In this document: one piece after another, positions 8,087-16,611 of the stretch
Numbering within the stretch: position 1 is the first letter of the stretch
Layout: the number at the start of each line of letters is the position of its first letter
Assembly: GCA_947457565.1 (NCBI GenBank)
Contig: CANGWH010000001.1
Span: 77,272 to 141,271 of the forward strand
Direction: 5' to 3'
DNA from: Flavobacteriales bacterium
GTDB taxonomy: Bacteria; Bacteroidota; Bacteroidia; NS11-12g; UBA955
DNA length: 64,000 bases
Program-made: the position numbers and the translations under genes
Notes under the pieces: generated by a model
The model's database searches: none
What the model was told of the DNA's origin: nothing
The model's input: the letters and a program-made list of their open reading frames with translations, nothing else

Positions 8087-9182
8087 ATTCTTTCTGTAAT
8101 TGTAATTCTTCTATTTTACGCAAACGATAAACAATATCTGCTATCCACCAGAATAAAGCAATCCACGATATAACTGCGGGCCAAAAAAACATCCGTAATG
8201 TAGAATTCAAATCGTATTGATTGAATCCAACACTATCTCCTGAACCCGGGTGAAGCGAATTTTCAGCCAATTTGGGCATTATCGCGATCAATGCAATAAA
8301 AATTGGAAATACAAACACAGAATATATGGCGGAAATTCTCGCTTTTTGGTATGGATCTGTTAAGGTTGAACGCAGCACTAAATAGGCTAAATACATTAAC
8401 ATACCAATAGCAACCCCATTTAATTTAGGATCATCCTTTGGCCACCATGAACCCCAGGTTGCCCTGGCCCAGGTGGCACCTGTAATCATTCCCAGTACGC
8501 CGCATACAATACCAACCTTTATTAACGCATCAAATCTGTATTCATTTTCTAAATTTCCATTGGTTAAATACAGTATTCCAAAAACAGCAGCAACCGCCAA
8601 TAATAATATCATCGAAAACCACATCGGCACATGATAAAATAAATTCCGAATACTCTCATTCAACGTAACACGATTAGGGAAGGTTAATCCATTACTGTTG
8701 CTTAATCGATCTTTGGTATCGAAATCCGCAAAGTTTGCAGTTTTCTGAATTGTGTCCTTAACAGATTTTTTTAAATAAAAACTCTTAGGTAAGAAAATTA
8801 AATCGTTGTTATACTCCACCCAAAGATCCAAATCTTGCGATTTGATATCGGAGTTTCCCAATATACAATGGGTTTGAATTGCAAATGTATTGGTAACATC
8901 TACTTTATCTTGTGCAATCACCTTTGCTTCAAAAAATGAAAATGCACCTTGTTTGCTGGGAATAGTAGTTCTTAACCAAACCTTTCTAATAACTGTATGT
9001 TTTGGAAATTGATACGTTTCAACTGTGATTTCCTGAACCGAATCAGAAAACAACAAGGATTTATTAACACCAATAATTCCTGGATTTAAGGGCAATAATA
9101 AACCGCCAATTAATACGTAAATAATTCCAACTAGGGCTACCCATGGCGACCATTTACTTATTTTCTCACTGATCGAATTCAT
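8070..9182 (-). CDS. ccmC: Cytochrome c maturation protein CcmC with an N-terminal extension of about 180 aa
   Basis: The C-terminal ~190 aa carries the CcmC hallmarks YHVPMWF (His), WARATWGSWWPKDDPKLNG (Trp-rich loop) and NSLHPGSG (second His). The N-terminal part has one TM plus a ~150-aa non-membrane domain of unknown function. ATGA overlap with the proline dehydrogenase stop. Confidence 0.8.
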   Translation of the reverse strand: MNSISEKISKWSPWVALVGIIYVLIGGLLLPLNPGIIGVNKSLLFSDSVQEITVETYQFPKHTVIRKVWLRTTIPSKQGAFSFFEAKVIAQDKVDVTNTFAIQTHCILGNSDIKSQDLDLWVEYNNDLIFLPKSFYLKKSVKDTIQKTANFADFDTKDRLSNSNGLTFPNRVTLNESIRNLFYHVPMWFSMILLLAVAAVFGILYLTNGNLENEYRFDALIKVGIVCGVLGMITGATWARATWGSWWPKDDPKLNGVAIGMLMYLAYLVLRSTLTDPYQKARISAIYSVFVFPIFIALIAIMPKLAENSLHPGSGDSVGFNQYDLNSTLRMFFWPAVISWIALFWWIADIVYRLRKIEELQLQKEYEENV

Positions 9183-10372
9183 GATTTCCTTCTAATTATT
9201 TCGGAATTAATCAAGGAAAGTTCTCTACCCATTTGACCCGCCATTCCGCTATTTTCTTGGGCTCTTCTTGTTAGATATGGAATTACGGCGCTTACCGGTC
9301 CATAGGGCACGTATTTACAAACATTATATTTAGCATGTGCCAGGTTATAACTGATATGATCGCTCATTCCCAATAATTGAGAATAAAAGACATGGGAACT
9401 ATTTGAATCAATATTATTTGCCGCTTGAATTTGTGTACCTAACAAACTGCTTTCTTCATTGTGCGTACCTATACATACAGAGACCCTATGGTTATTCTCC
9501 AAACATACTTTCACAGCAGAATTATAATCATCATCCGTAGCCGATTTATTGGGTTGAATAGGATCTTCATACCCTTTTTCCTTAGCCCTGGCCCTTTCTT
9601 TTTCCATGTAAGCCCCTCTTACTAATTTAAACCCTAAGAATCCTGTGGTTGAATTTATTGTGTGATTCAAATAAGCAAGTCGATCATGCCGATACAACTG
9701 AATTGTATTAAAAATTATTGCTTTTTCAACATTGTACAACTTCATCGCCTCTTCGGCTAAACGATCAATGGCAGGTTGAATCCAAGATTCTTCGGCATCC
9801 ACAAACAATCTAACTTTTCGGGAATATGCGTGTTTGGCGATTTCAAAAAATCGAGCTACTCCCATCTGCCATTGTTGGGATTCTACTCTCGATAAAAGCT
9901 CACCAATTTCAGCGCTAGCTAACATAGCGTTTTTATGAAGCTCTATTGATGCCATTTCTAGCACATCGAACGCAATGATTCCTGTTACTTTAAATACACT
10001 GAACGGTATTTGAGGATTGCCTGATGCTTTATCAATGGTTTTCTTAATTTCGGCACATGTAGCAATAAAAACTGTTTCTTCCTCTTCTCCTTCAACGGAA
10101 TAATCTAAAATGGTTCCAATATCCGATTGGGCCAATGATTGTATTCTCAACTCGCACTCGTCTATGGATTCCCCACCGCAAAATTGCTTAAATATGGTAT
10201 TTTTAATCACCGATTTACAACCCAAGGTTATTGCCAACTTGGCTAACGAATCACCATGTTTAATTAACCATGGATAATTGAAGGATTTAAATAACAATTT
10301 TGCCTGTTTCAACTCATTGGTTGATTTATGGGCAAATGCAATTTCCGTGTTTTGAAACGATAAATTTGGCAT
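9179..10372 (-). CDS. Proline dehydrogenase (PRODH domain protein)
   Basis: Motifs FKLVRGAYMEKERARA, GTHNEES and YVPYGP..AVIPYLTRRAQEN are typical of PutA-type PRODH barrels. The ORF-track start (TTG 10429) was trimmed to ATG 10372 (MPNLSFQNTEIAF). Confidence 0.85.
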   Translation of the reverse strand: MPNLSFQNTEIAFAHKSTNELKQAKLLFKSFNYPWLIKHGDSLAKLAITLGCKSVIKNTIFKQFCGGESIDECELRIQSLAQSDIGTILDYSVEGEEEETVFIATCAEIKKTIDKASGNPQIPFSVFKVTGIIAFDVLEMASIELHKNAMLASAEIGELLSRVESQQWQMGVARFFEIAKHAYSRKVRLFVDAEESWIQPAIDRLAEEAMKLYNVEKAIIFNTIQLYRHDRLAYLNHTINSTTGFLGFKLVRGAYMEKERARAKEKGYEDPIQPNKSATDDDYNSAVKVCLENNHRVSVCIGTHNEESSLLGTQIQAANNIDSNSSHVFYSQLLGMSDHISYNLAHAKYNVCKYVPYGPVSAVIPYLTRRAQENSGMAGQMGRELSLINSEIIRRKS

Positions 10373-10459
10373 GAATATCCTTTCACAAAATAACAAATAA
10401 AAGCTTGCTTTTAGAAGCAAACGACTCAAAATAACCTATAAAAATAGAATAAATGCCGA

Positions 10460-12376
10460 TTAGGGAATACGCAACTGCAAATCTTCAATCGTTTTGGCCA
10501 GTAAGGGATGTTTTTTTGTAAGATAATCTAATTTTTCCCTATCGGTATATGGCCTTCTTTCGGTGTTCTCCAATTCAGCTAATTCTGTTTCTAATCCACT
10601 AATTTTAATCGGTAAAGATTTATTTAACGATTGTATTAATGCTGCGCGAACCTCCTCAATCAAACCTTCTTGCGCTTTTGACCCTAGGATAATTTTCAGT
10701 GAACCCTCCGTGGTAATTGAATAGGATAATAATCTAAGCGCTGAAGAAACCCTAGTACCTTGTGTGGCTATAAATTGTTGGATGGCCTGATTCAATTGAT
10801 CAGATGTAATCTTTACTAACGTTTCGGTTTGATTGTAATAATTAGAATCTTGTGTATCCAGCTGCAGGGCAGATTCCACCGAAGATACATTCAATGGTGG
10901 TGAATCCGATAGTTGTTGGTTAACAGAATCTTCAATATTATTTAATTCTCGAGGAGTAGGTGCGATTTTTTCTAAACTTTGGGCATTGTTGTTATTGGCA
11001 ACCAAGGAATTTACCGATTGCGAATTCTCTGTGCCTGCAACGTCTGTTTTATTCTTACTACCAATCGATTTAATCTCTTTTTCCGCTAATTTCTGCTGTT
11101 TAAAGGCTTCAAACGAAGATAATTTCCCTCCCAACACTTCGTTAGCTTTGGTTTGAATCTTCGGTAATTCAGGAACTTTAGTATCTTTTTCTTCAATAAT
11201 TACAGCTTGCAGCCTATCGTTTGCTGTGCGAGGAGGAACCGAATTCACTCCCGAATTATGGCCTACCCCTGGTTGATTAATTTTTTTTTTTAGCTCATCC
11301 CAAGCCGGAGCAACCGCTATTAATGCATTCAAATTGGCTAATTTCATTAATAGCAATTCTACCATTAACCTAGGATTTCTGCTATTCCTATATTTTTCAT
11401 CCGCTTCATTTACCAAATTCAAGGCATTTAGTATAAATGAAAAAGTGCAGCGTTTCGACTGATCCAAGTACTTTTGACGAAAGGTAGCAGATACGTCTAA
11501 TAGGTTCTCCGTTTTTGCATCTTTTGATACTGCTAAATTCCTACAATGATTGGCCAATCCACCGATAAAGATTGAACCATCGAATCCTTTTCTTATTACT
11601 TTATCGTACATTAACAAAGTATTGGCTATATTATTGTCCAATAAATCATTAACCAACTCAAAGAACACATCGGTATCTAAGACACTAAGTATTTCTACCG
11701 CTGTTTCATAAACGATTTTTCCTCCTCCGAAACTCACCAATTGATCAAACATACTTAATGCATCGCGCAATCCTCCGTCGGCTTTGCGGGCTATCAGGTG
11801 AAGCGAATCTTCATCCGCGAAGATGCCTTCTTTTTCAGCAATACCTTTCAGGTGATTTACCATATCTATCGTTTCGATACGATTGAAATGAAACACCTGG
11901 CATCGACTTAAAATTGTAGGTAATATTTTATGCTTTTCCGTTGTAGCAAGGATAAAAATAGCATAGGACGGTGGTTCTTCTAAGGTTTTCAAAAATGCAT
12001 TAAACGCAGCCTGCGAAAGCATATGAACCTCGTCTATGATGTATACTTTATACCTACCTACTTGGGGGGGGATTCGTACCTGTTCAATTAGATTCCGGAT
12101 ATCTTCCACTCCACTATTGGATGCGGCATCCATCTCGAAGATGTTAAAGGCAAAGTCTTGATCCGGGTCTGAATTCTCTTGAGTATTAATCACCTTTGCC
12201 AAAATTCTGGCGCAGGTTGTTTTACCAACACCTCGCGGCCCGGTAAATAAAAAAGCTTGTGCTAGTTTGTTATTGTTGATTTCATGCATCAACGTTTCTG
12301 CCACATGTTTCTGCCCCACTACATCTTCAAACGTAGTTGGACGATATTTTCGGGCCGAAACAACAAACTGCTCCAT
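10460..12376 (-). CDS. dnaX: DNA polymerase III subunit tau/gamma
   Basis: Motifs YRPTTFEDVVGQ, Walker A GPRGVGKTTCARILAK, DEVHMLS and LPTILSRCQ. Long low-complexity C-terminal tau region. Contains an internal A11 tract (listed separately). Confidence 0.95.
   Translation of the reverse strand: MEQFVVSARKYRPTTFEDVVGQKHVAETLMHEINNNKLAQAFLFTGPRGVGKTTCARILAKVINTQENSDPDQDFAFNIFEMDAASNSGVEDIRNLIEQVRIPPQVGRYKVYIIDEVHMLSQAAFNAFLKTLEEPPSYAIFILATTEKHKILPTILSRCQVFHFNRIETIDMVNHLKGIAEKEGIFADEDSLHLIARKADGGLRDALSMFDQLVSFGGGKIVYETAVEILSVLDTDVFFELVNDLLDNNIANTLLMYDKVIRKGFDGSIFIGGLANHCRNLAVSKDAKTENLLDVSATFRQKYLDQSKRCTFSFILNALNLVNEADEKYRNSRNPRLMVELLLMKLANLNALIAVAPAWDELKKKINQPGVGHNSGVNSVPPRTANDRLQAVIIEEKDTKVPELPKIQTKANEVLGGKLSSFEAFKQQKLAEKEIKSIGSKNKTDVAGTENSQSVNSLVANNNNAQSLEKIAPTPRELNNIEDSVNQQLSDSPPLNVSSVESALQLDTQDSNYYNQTETLVKITSDQLNQAIQQFIATQGTRVSSALRLLSYSITTEGSLKIILGSKAQEGLIEEVRAALIQSLNKSLPIKISGLETELAELENTERRPYTDREKLDYLTKKHPLLAKTIEDLQLRIP
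11281..11291 (-). other. A11 homopolymer (T11 on the + strand) inside dnaX: candidate transcriptional-slippage or frameshift site
   Basis: Coding strand reads GAG CTA AAA AAA AAA ATT AAT CAA (codons 361-368, ELKKKINQ). The -1 frame gives AAT TAA, an immediate stop. The +1 frame gives TTA ATC AAC CAG GGG TAG, a stop after 5 codons. Confidence 0.55.
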
Positions 12377-12448
12377 GAGTTTACAAATTACGATAATGCG
12401 CGCTTATCGAACAACATCAATTTCAAAATTATCAATTAGTATAAATTG

Positions 12449-12456
12449 TAACTTTG
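12449..12456 (+). promoter_or_regulatory. -7 promoter box TAACTTTG, 4 nt upstream of ATG 12461
   Basis: Exact TAnnTTTG match. The spacing predicts a transcription start at or next to the start codon. Confidence 0.5.
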
Positions 12457-12460
12457 TATT

Positions 12461-12988
12461 ATGAATATTGGTGATACTTTAACGCATTTTGAATTGCCGT
12501 CCACCGATGGCAAAGCGGTAAACAGCTATGATTTTTCGGATAAATATGCACTTTTAATCATCGTAAGCTGTAATCATTGTCCTTATGCACAAGCGTATTG
12601 GAGCCGGTTAATCAGTTTGGCCAATAAATACGAAGAAGATAATTTAGGGGTTATGGCAATTAGCGCTAACGATACCGTAGCCTATCCCCAAGATGGCATG
12701 GATGGAATGAAACAATTACACAGACAATTAAACATGCCATTTCCATACTTACTGGATGAAAATCAAGAAGTTGCTAAATCTTTGGGGGCAGAACGGACAC
12801 CTGAGGTATTTTTATTTAATAACAAAAGAGAATTAGTTTATAAAGGTGCAATTGACGATAATTGGGAGAATCCAAATGCCGTTATGCAGGTTTACTTGGA
12901 AGATGCTATTGAATACTCATTGGACGGTTTAGAAATAGATTATCCAGAAGTTCCAGCAATTGGATGTTCGATTAAGTGGAAATCTTGA
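12461..12988 (+). CDS. Thioredoxin-fold thiol-disulfide oxidoreductase (redoxin/AhpC-TSA-like)
   Basis: 175 aa. CNHC active-site motif in the context ALLIIVSCNHCPYAQ, plus RTPEVFLF (cis-Pro loop region). Confidence 0.75.
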   Translation: MNIGDTLTHFELPSTDGKAVNSYDFSDKYALLIIVSCNHCPYAQAYWSRLISLANKYEEDNLGVMAISANDTVAYPQDGMDGMKQLHRQLNMPFPYLLDENQEVAKSLGAERTPEVFLFNNKRELVYKGAIDDNWENPNAVMQVYLEDAIEYSLDGLEIDYPEVPAIGCSIKWKS

Positions 12989-13794
12989 TGCAAAAAAAAA
13001 CAGTTTTCATTACAGGCAGCAGCAGTGGAATTGGTAAATCTTTAGCCATTGAATCGGCAAAACGGGGTTATAACCTAGCGTTGATGGCCCGGAATTTAGA
13101 AGCTCTTACTGAAACCGCTAATGAATGCGAAAAAATTGGGGCTGTTGTATTTGTTTGCAGAGGTGACGTTGGTTTAAAATCTGATTGTAAACGATTTATT
13201 GAAGGAGGAATTGACGCATTGGGACGGTTGGATATACTCATTAATAACGCTGGAATTAGTATGCGAGGATTATTCAAAGACACCGATTCCGAAGTTTTAG
13301 AAAAGTTAATGAATACCAATTTTTGGGGGACTGTTTATTGCACGCAATATGCAATGGGTGATTTGTTAAAGAATAAAGGTAGCGTTGTTGGTATTTCTTC
13401 TATTGCTGGATTTAAAGGATTACCTGCTCGCACTGGCTACAGCGCAAGTAAATTTGCGATGCAAGGCTTTTTGGAAAGTTTGCGGTGCGAGAATCTAAAA
13501 ACAGGGATGCATGTTTTAATTGCTTGTCCGGGTTACACTGCTAGTAATATTCGAAAAACTGCATTGAATTCTGATGGAAAAACTCAAGATGAATCTCCCT
13601 TGAATGAAAAAAACTTAATGTCTTCTGATGCCGTTGCCATTGCAGTAATGAATGCAATTGCAAAAAGAAGAATGTATTTGATTTTAACGCTGCAAGGCAA
13701 ATTAGCGGTTTGGATTAATAAGTTATTCCCAAAATTGGCCGATATTTTAACCTACAACGTTATTGCTAAAGAACCCAATTCACCGTTCAACTAA
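12988..13794 (+). CDS. SDR family oxidoreductase
   Basis: TGSSSGIGKS cofactor loop, NNAG, and catalytic YSASKFA. The ORF-track GTG 12976 was trimmed to ATG 12988, which overlaps the upstream stop (TGATG). Confidence 0.85.
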   Translation: MQKKTVFITGSSSGIGKSLAIESAKRGYNLALMARNLEALTETANECEKIGAVVFVCRGDVGLKSDCKRFIEGGIDALGRLDILINNAGISMRGLFKDTDSEVLEKLMNTNFWGTVYCTQYAMGDLLKNKGSVVGISSIAGFKGLPARTGYSASKFAMQGFLESLRCENLKTGMHVLIACPGYTASNIRKTALNSDGKTQDESPLNEKNLMSSDAVAIAVMNAIAKRRMYLILTLQGKLAVWINKLFPKLADILTYNVIAKEPNSPFN

Positions 13795-13799
13795 ACGCT

Positions 13800-14357
13800 A
13801 TGGAGCTTAATCAGATTACCACTGTTGCTTTTACCTTATTCGCTGTCATCGATATGTTAGGATCAGTGCCTGTGATAATTTCTTTAAAGAAAAAAATACC
13901 AGATATCCATGCAAGTAAAGTAACCATTGCTGCAGGTATATTAATGATTAGTTTCTTGTATGCAGGGGAATTTTTATTAAATTTCCTAGGAGTAGATAAA
14001 GCTTCTTTCGCCGTAGCGGGCAGTATTGTAATGTTCATTCTTGGATTAGAAATGGTATTGGGCATTGATATTTTTAAAACAGACCCTGAAATTCCAAGTG
14101 GATCCGTAATCCCAATTGCATTTCCATTGGTAGCAGGAACAGGAACGCTTACCACTATTTTATCCTTGAAAGCGATTTATAATGAGACCACGATTTTAAT
14201 GGGAATTTTACCCAATTTGCTATTTATCTTTATAGTAGTGAAAGCAACCGGTTGGATAGAATCAAAAATTGGTCAGTCTGGATTATTAGCCATGCGTAAA
14301 TCCTTTGGGGTGGTTTTACTAGCGATTGCGGTTAAAATTTTCAAGAGTAATTTATAG
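13800..14357 (+). CDS. MarC family (UPF0056) integral membrane protein
   Basis: 185 aa, about 6 TM. N-terminal FTLFAVIDMLGSVPVIISL is typical of the MarC family. Confidence 0.7.
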   Translation: MELNQITTVAFTLFAVIDMLGSVPVIISLKKKIPDIHASKVTIAAGILMISFLYAGEFLLNFLGVDKASFAVAGSIVMFILGLEMVLGIDIFKTDPEIPSGSVIPIAFPLVAGTGTLTTILSLKAIYNETTILMGILPNLLFIFIVVKATGWIESKIGQSGLLAMRKSFGVVLLAIAVKIFKSNL

Positions 14358-14487
14358 ATTTACAGCAGTAATTGGATTGTAGAAAACTAAATTGAATTCT
14401 GTTTTCTGCCAAATAGTTATACCTGCAAAGTACATCAACCGAAGAGGTACCAATTATCACTTTCCAAAAAGTTTCCGTAACTACTAT

Positions 14488-15681
14488 TTACAACTGATAG
14501 ATTTCCATCAATTGTTTAGCAACTTGATCTGGATGCGTTTTATCGATTATTGATTGATGTAAATTAGTCCAATTAGCACCTAGATTTTGGCCGATATTCC
14601 CGTCGTTTAACTTCATTAATGCTTGTGAAATTGAATTTATGTTGTCGGGTTTAAATAAACACTCCGTTTCAAGTCCAATTAACTCTTTAAATACCGGTAT
14701 GTCCGAAACCATAAATGGCAATTTCATTGCTGCCGCTTCGGCTAATGGAATACCAAATCCTTCGTTTAAGGATGGGTAAATAAACCCCTTAGCATTTCTT
14801 AATAAAACCAATAAAACGTTAAAAGACACTTCACCCATTGCACTTACCCTATTTTCTAAGTTATTGTCATTGATGTAGGCATTTACCGTTTTCCATGAGT
14901 GCCCCATAAAACCGGGCAATACCAAATTAAAATCAACCTTATCTTTTATAGCATTAAAAGCTTTTAGCAATCGTAAGTGATTTTTTCTATAATTAAATGT
15001 TGAATGGTATATTATGTAGGGCGCAGTGGCGATAATTTTTGAAATATACTCCGAAGTGATAGTCGATTTCTCCGTTTGATTTAATTCCAATATAGGTTTA
15101 AAAAATTCCGATTGAATGGATTGATACACAACATGGATTTTGGAAGCGGGAAACGAAAAATAGGAATTAATGGCATTGGCGGTAGCCTTGGAAGTAGCGA
15201 TAACTTTTGTTGCATGTTTCAAAGCATACCCTGTTTTATAATCATAGATTTTTCGATCTACCCAAGAATACTGTTTTGGAATCTGCTTAAACAGCACATC
15301 GTGAATAGTAACTACAGACATAATTCCTTTGGGTAAATCTTGTGGAATTTCGTTGGAAAGCCCATGAAATACATCAATTTTATTTTTCTGGACCGATTTA
15401 CCCATCCCCCAGGTTCGCCAAACTGGATTAAGGGTATGTGGTTGAATAACCGAGACCCCGTTATTTAAAATAGCATTCCCTATTCTAGGATATTTATTGG
15501 CAAAATTTAACCGGGGTTGTTTATGGGTAAATAGGGAAACTTTAATGATCTCATTATTATCAATTGCAGAATGATTAATAACATTTTCTACCAAAGTTCT
15601 GCTATAGTTACCCAATCCCGAAGAATTAAAGAACAGCCTTTTAGCATCATAACCGATATGCAAAGTGGTAGAATTCAACAA
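14488..15681 (-). CDS. Glycosyltransferase, GT4/GT-B fold
   Basis: N-terminal HIGYDAKRLFFNSSGLGNYSR and C-terminal YPSLNEGFGIPLAEAAA (E-x7-E region). The start is uncertain: in-frame TTG codons lie at 15681, 15678 and 15663, and there is no nearby ATG. Confidence 0.75.
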   Translation of the reverse strand: MLNSTTLHIGYDAKRLFFNSSGLGNYSRTLVENVINHSAIDNNEIIKVSLFTHKQPRLNFANKYPRIGNAILNNGVSVIQPHTLNPVWRTWGMGKSVQKNKIDVFHGLSNEIPQDLPKGIMSVVTIHDVLFKQIPKQYSWVDRKIYDYKTGYALKHATKVIATSKATANAINSYFSFPASKIHVVYQSIQSEFFKPILELNQTEKSTITSEYISKIIATAPYIIYHSTFNYRKNHLRLLKAFNAIKDKVDFNLVLPGFMGHSWKTVNAYINDNNLENRVSAMGEVSFNVLLVLLRNAKGFIYPSLNEGFGIPLAEAAAMKLPFMVSDIPVFKELIGLETECLFKPDNINSISQALMKLNDGNIGQNLGANWTNLHQSIIDKTHPDQVAKQLMEIYQL

Positions 15682-15751
15682 TTTATTATTTACATAAATT
15701 TATAATATGCTGGGATTGTATTCACCGAACTACAGCGATAACGTGAAACTA

Positions 15752-16564
15752 TTAAACAGCTACATTGTGCTCTCTTAAAACATCGTTTAAAGAGGTTTTC
15801 AAATCGGTTGATTCCTTTCTTTTTCCGATAATCAATGCGGCAGGTACATAAAAATCGCCGCCGGTAAAGGATTTCTTAATATTACCCGGAATTACAACGC
15901 TTCGTTCTGGGATGTAACCTTTGGGCAATTCTTCCCCTGTTTCAACATCAATAACTTTGGTACTCATCGTTAATGTTACGCCGGCTCCTAAAACAGCTTG
16001 CTTGCCTACTCGAACACCTTCTACTACAATACATCTACTACCAATGAAGCAATCATCTTCAATAATTACGGGCGAGGCTTGTACCGGCTCCAATACACCT
16101 CCAATACCCACTCCACCGCTTAGATGTACATTTTTTCCAATTTGTGCGCAGCTACCAACGGTTGCCCAAGTATCCACCATTGTTCCTTGATCAACGTATG
16201 CTCCTATATTCACATAGCTTGGCATTAAAATAACTCCGGGAGAAATAAAACTTCCATACCTCGCTACGGCGTGGGGGACTACTCTAATTCCCAATTGTTC
16301 ATAATTTTTTTTCAACGGCATTTTATCGTAAAATTCCATGGGTCCCGCATGCATGACTTCCATTTTACGCGTTGGAAAATACAAGATAACTGCCTTTTTC
16401 ACCCAATCATTTACCTGCCAATCACCTGAGGGTAATGGCTCTGCAACCCGTAATTTACCTAAATCTAAATCGGCTATTACAGTTTCAATAGCTGTAACGG
16501 TTTCAGGATTTTTCAATAATTCTCTATCATTCCACGCATTTTCTATGATTGATTGTAGGCTCAT
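15752..16564 (-). CDS. dapD: 2,3,4,5-tetrahydropyridine-2,6-dicarboxylate N-succinyltransferase
   Basis: 270 aa. Left-handed beta-helix hexapeptide repeats (GAYVDQGTMVDTWATVGSCAQIGKNVHLSGGVGIGG) with the DapD-type N-terminal domain. Confidence 0.85.
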   Translation of the reverse strand: MSLQSIIENAWNDRELLKNPETVTAIETVIADLDLGKLRVAEPLPSGDWQVNDWVKKAVILYFPTRKMEVMHAGPMEFYDKMPLKKNYEQLGIRVVPHAVARYGSFISPGVILMPSYVNIGAYVDQGTMVDTWATVGSCAQIGKNVHLSGGVGIGGVLEPVQASPVIIEDDCFIGSRCIVVEGVRVGKQAVLGAGVTLTMSTKVIDVETGEELPKGYIPERSVVIPGNIKKSFTGGDFYVPAALIIGKRKESTDLKTSLNDVLREHNVAV

Positions 16565-16611
16565 ATGAATATTTTACGGCAAATTTGCAACAAACTAAAG
16601 TATATCTCATC

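Noticed and set aside
12992-13000. A9 run immediately after the SDR start codon; also C8 at 16804-16811 (DPP-IV-like gene, QPPPS) and C8 on the coding strand at 12064-12071 (dnaX, IPPQ), considered as phase-variation tracts
   Set aside because: They sit in housekeeping genes with no contingency-locus context. Lengths are at or below the usual threshold for efficient slippage, and shifted frames do not yield meaningful products. Only the A11 tract in dnaX has a geometry that suggests function.
14378-14408. Weak inverted repeat AGAAAAC-N13-GTTTTCT between the convergent MarC and GT4 genes, considered as a bidirectional terminator
   Set aside because: It has only a 7-bp A/U-rich stem, a large loop and no adjoining T-run. 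That is not strong enough to annotate.
16549-16611. N-terminal extensions in the ORF track that use TTG/GTG or far-upstream starts (16549, 10429, 31101, 55288, 58164, 60839, 47079, 49487, 27441, 12976, 35218, 42853, 31145)
   Set aside because: The extensions overlap neighbouring genes, promoter boxes or a terminator hairpin, and add non-conserved residues ahead of a plausible Met followed by a signal peptide or conserved N-terminus. I therefore moved those starts downstream. They remain predictions.
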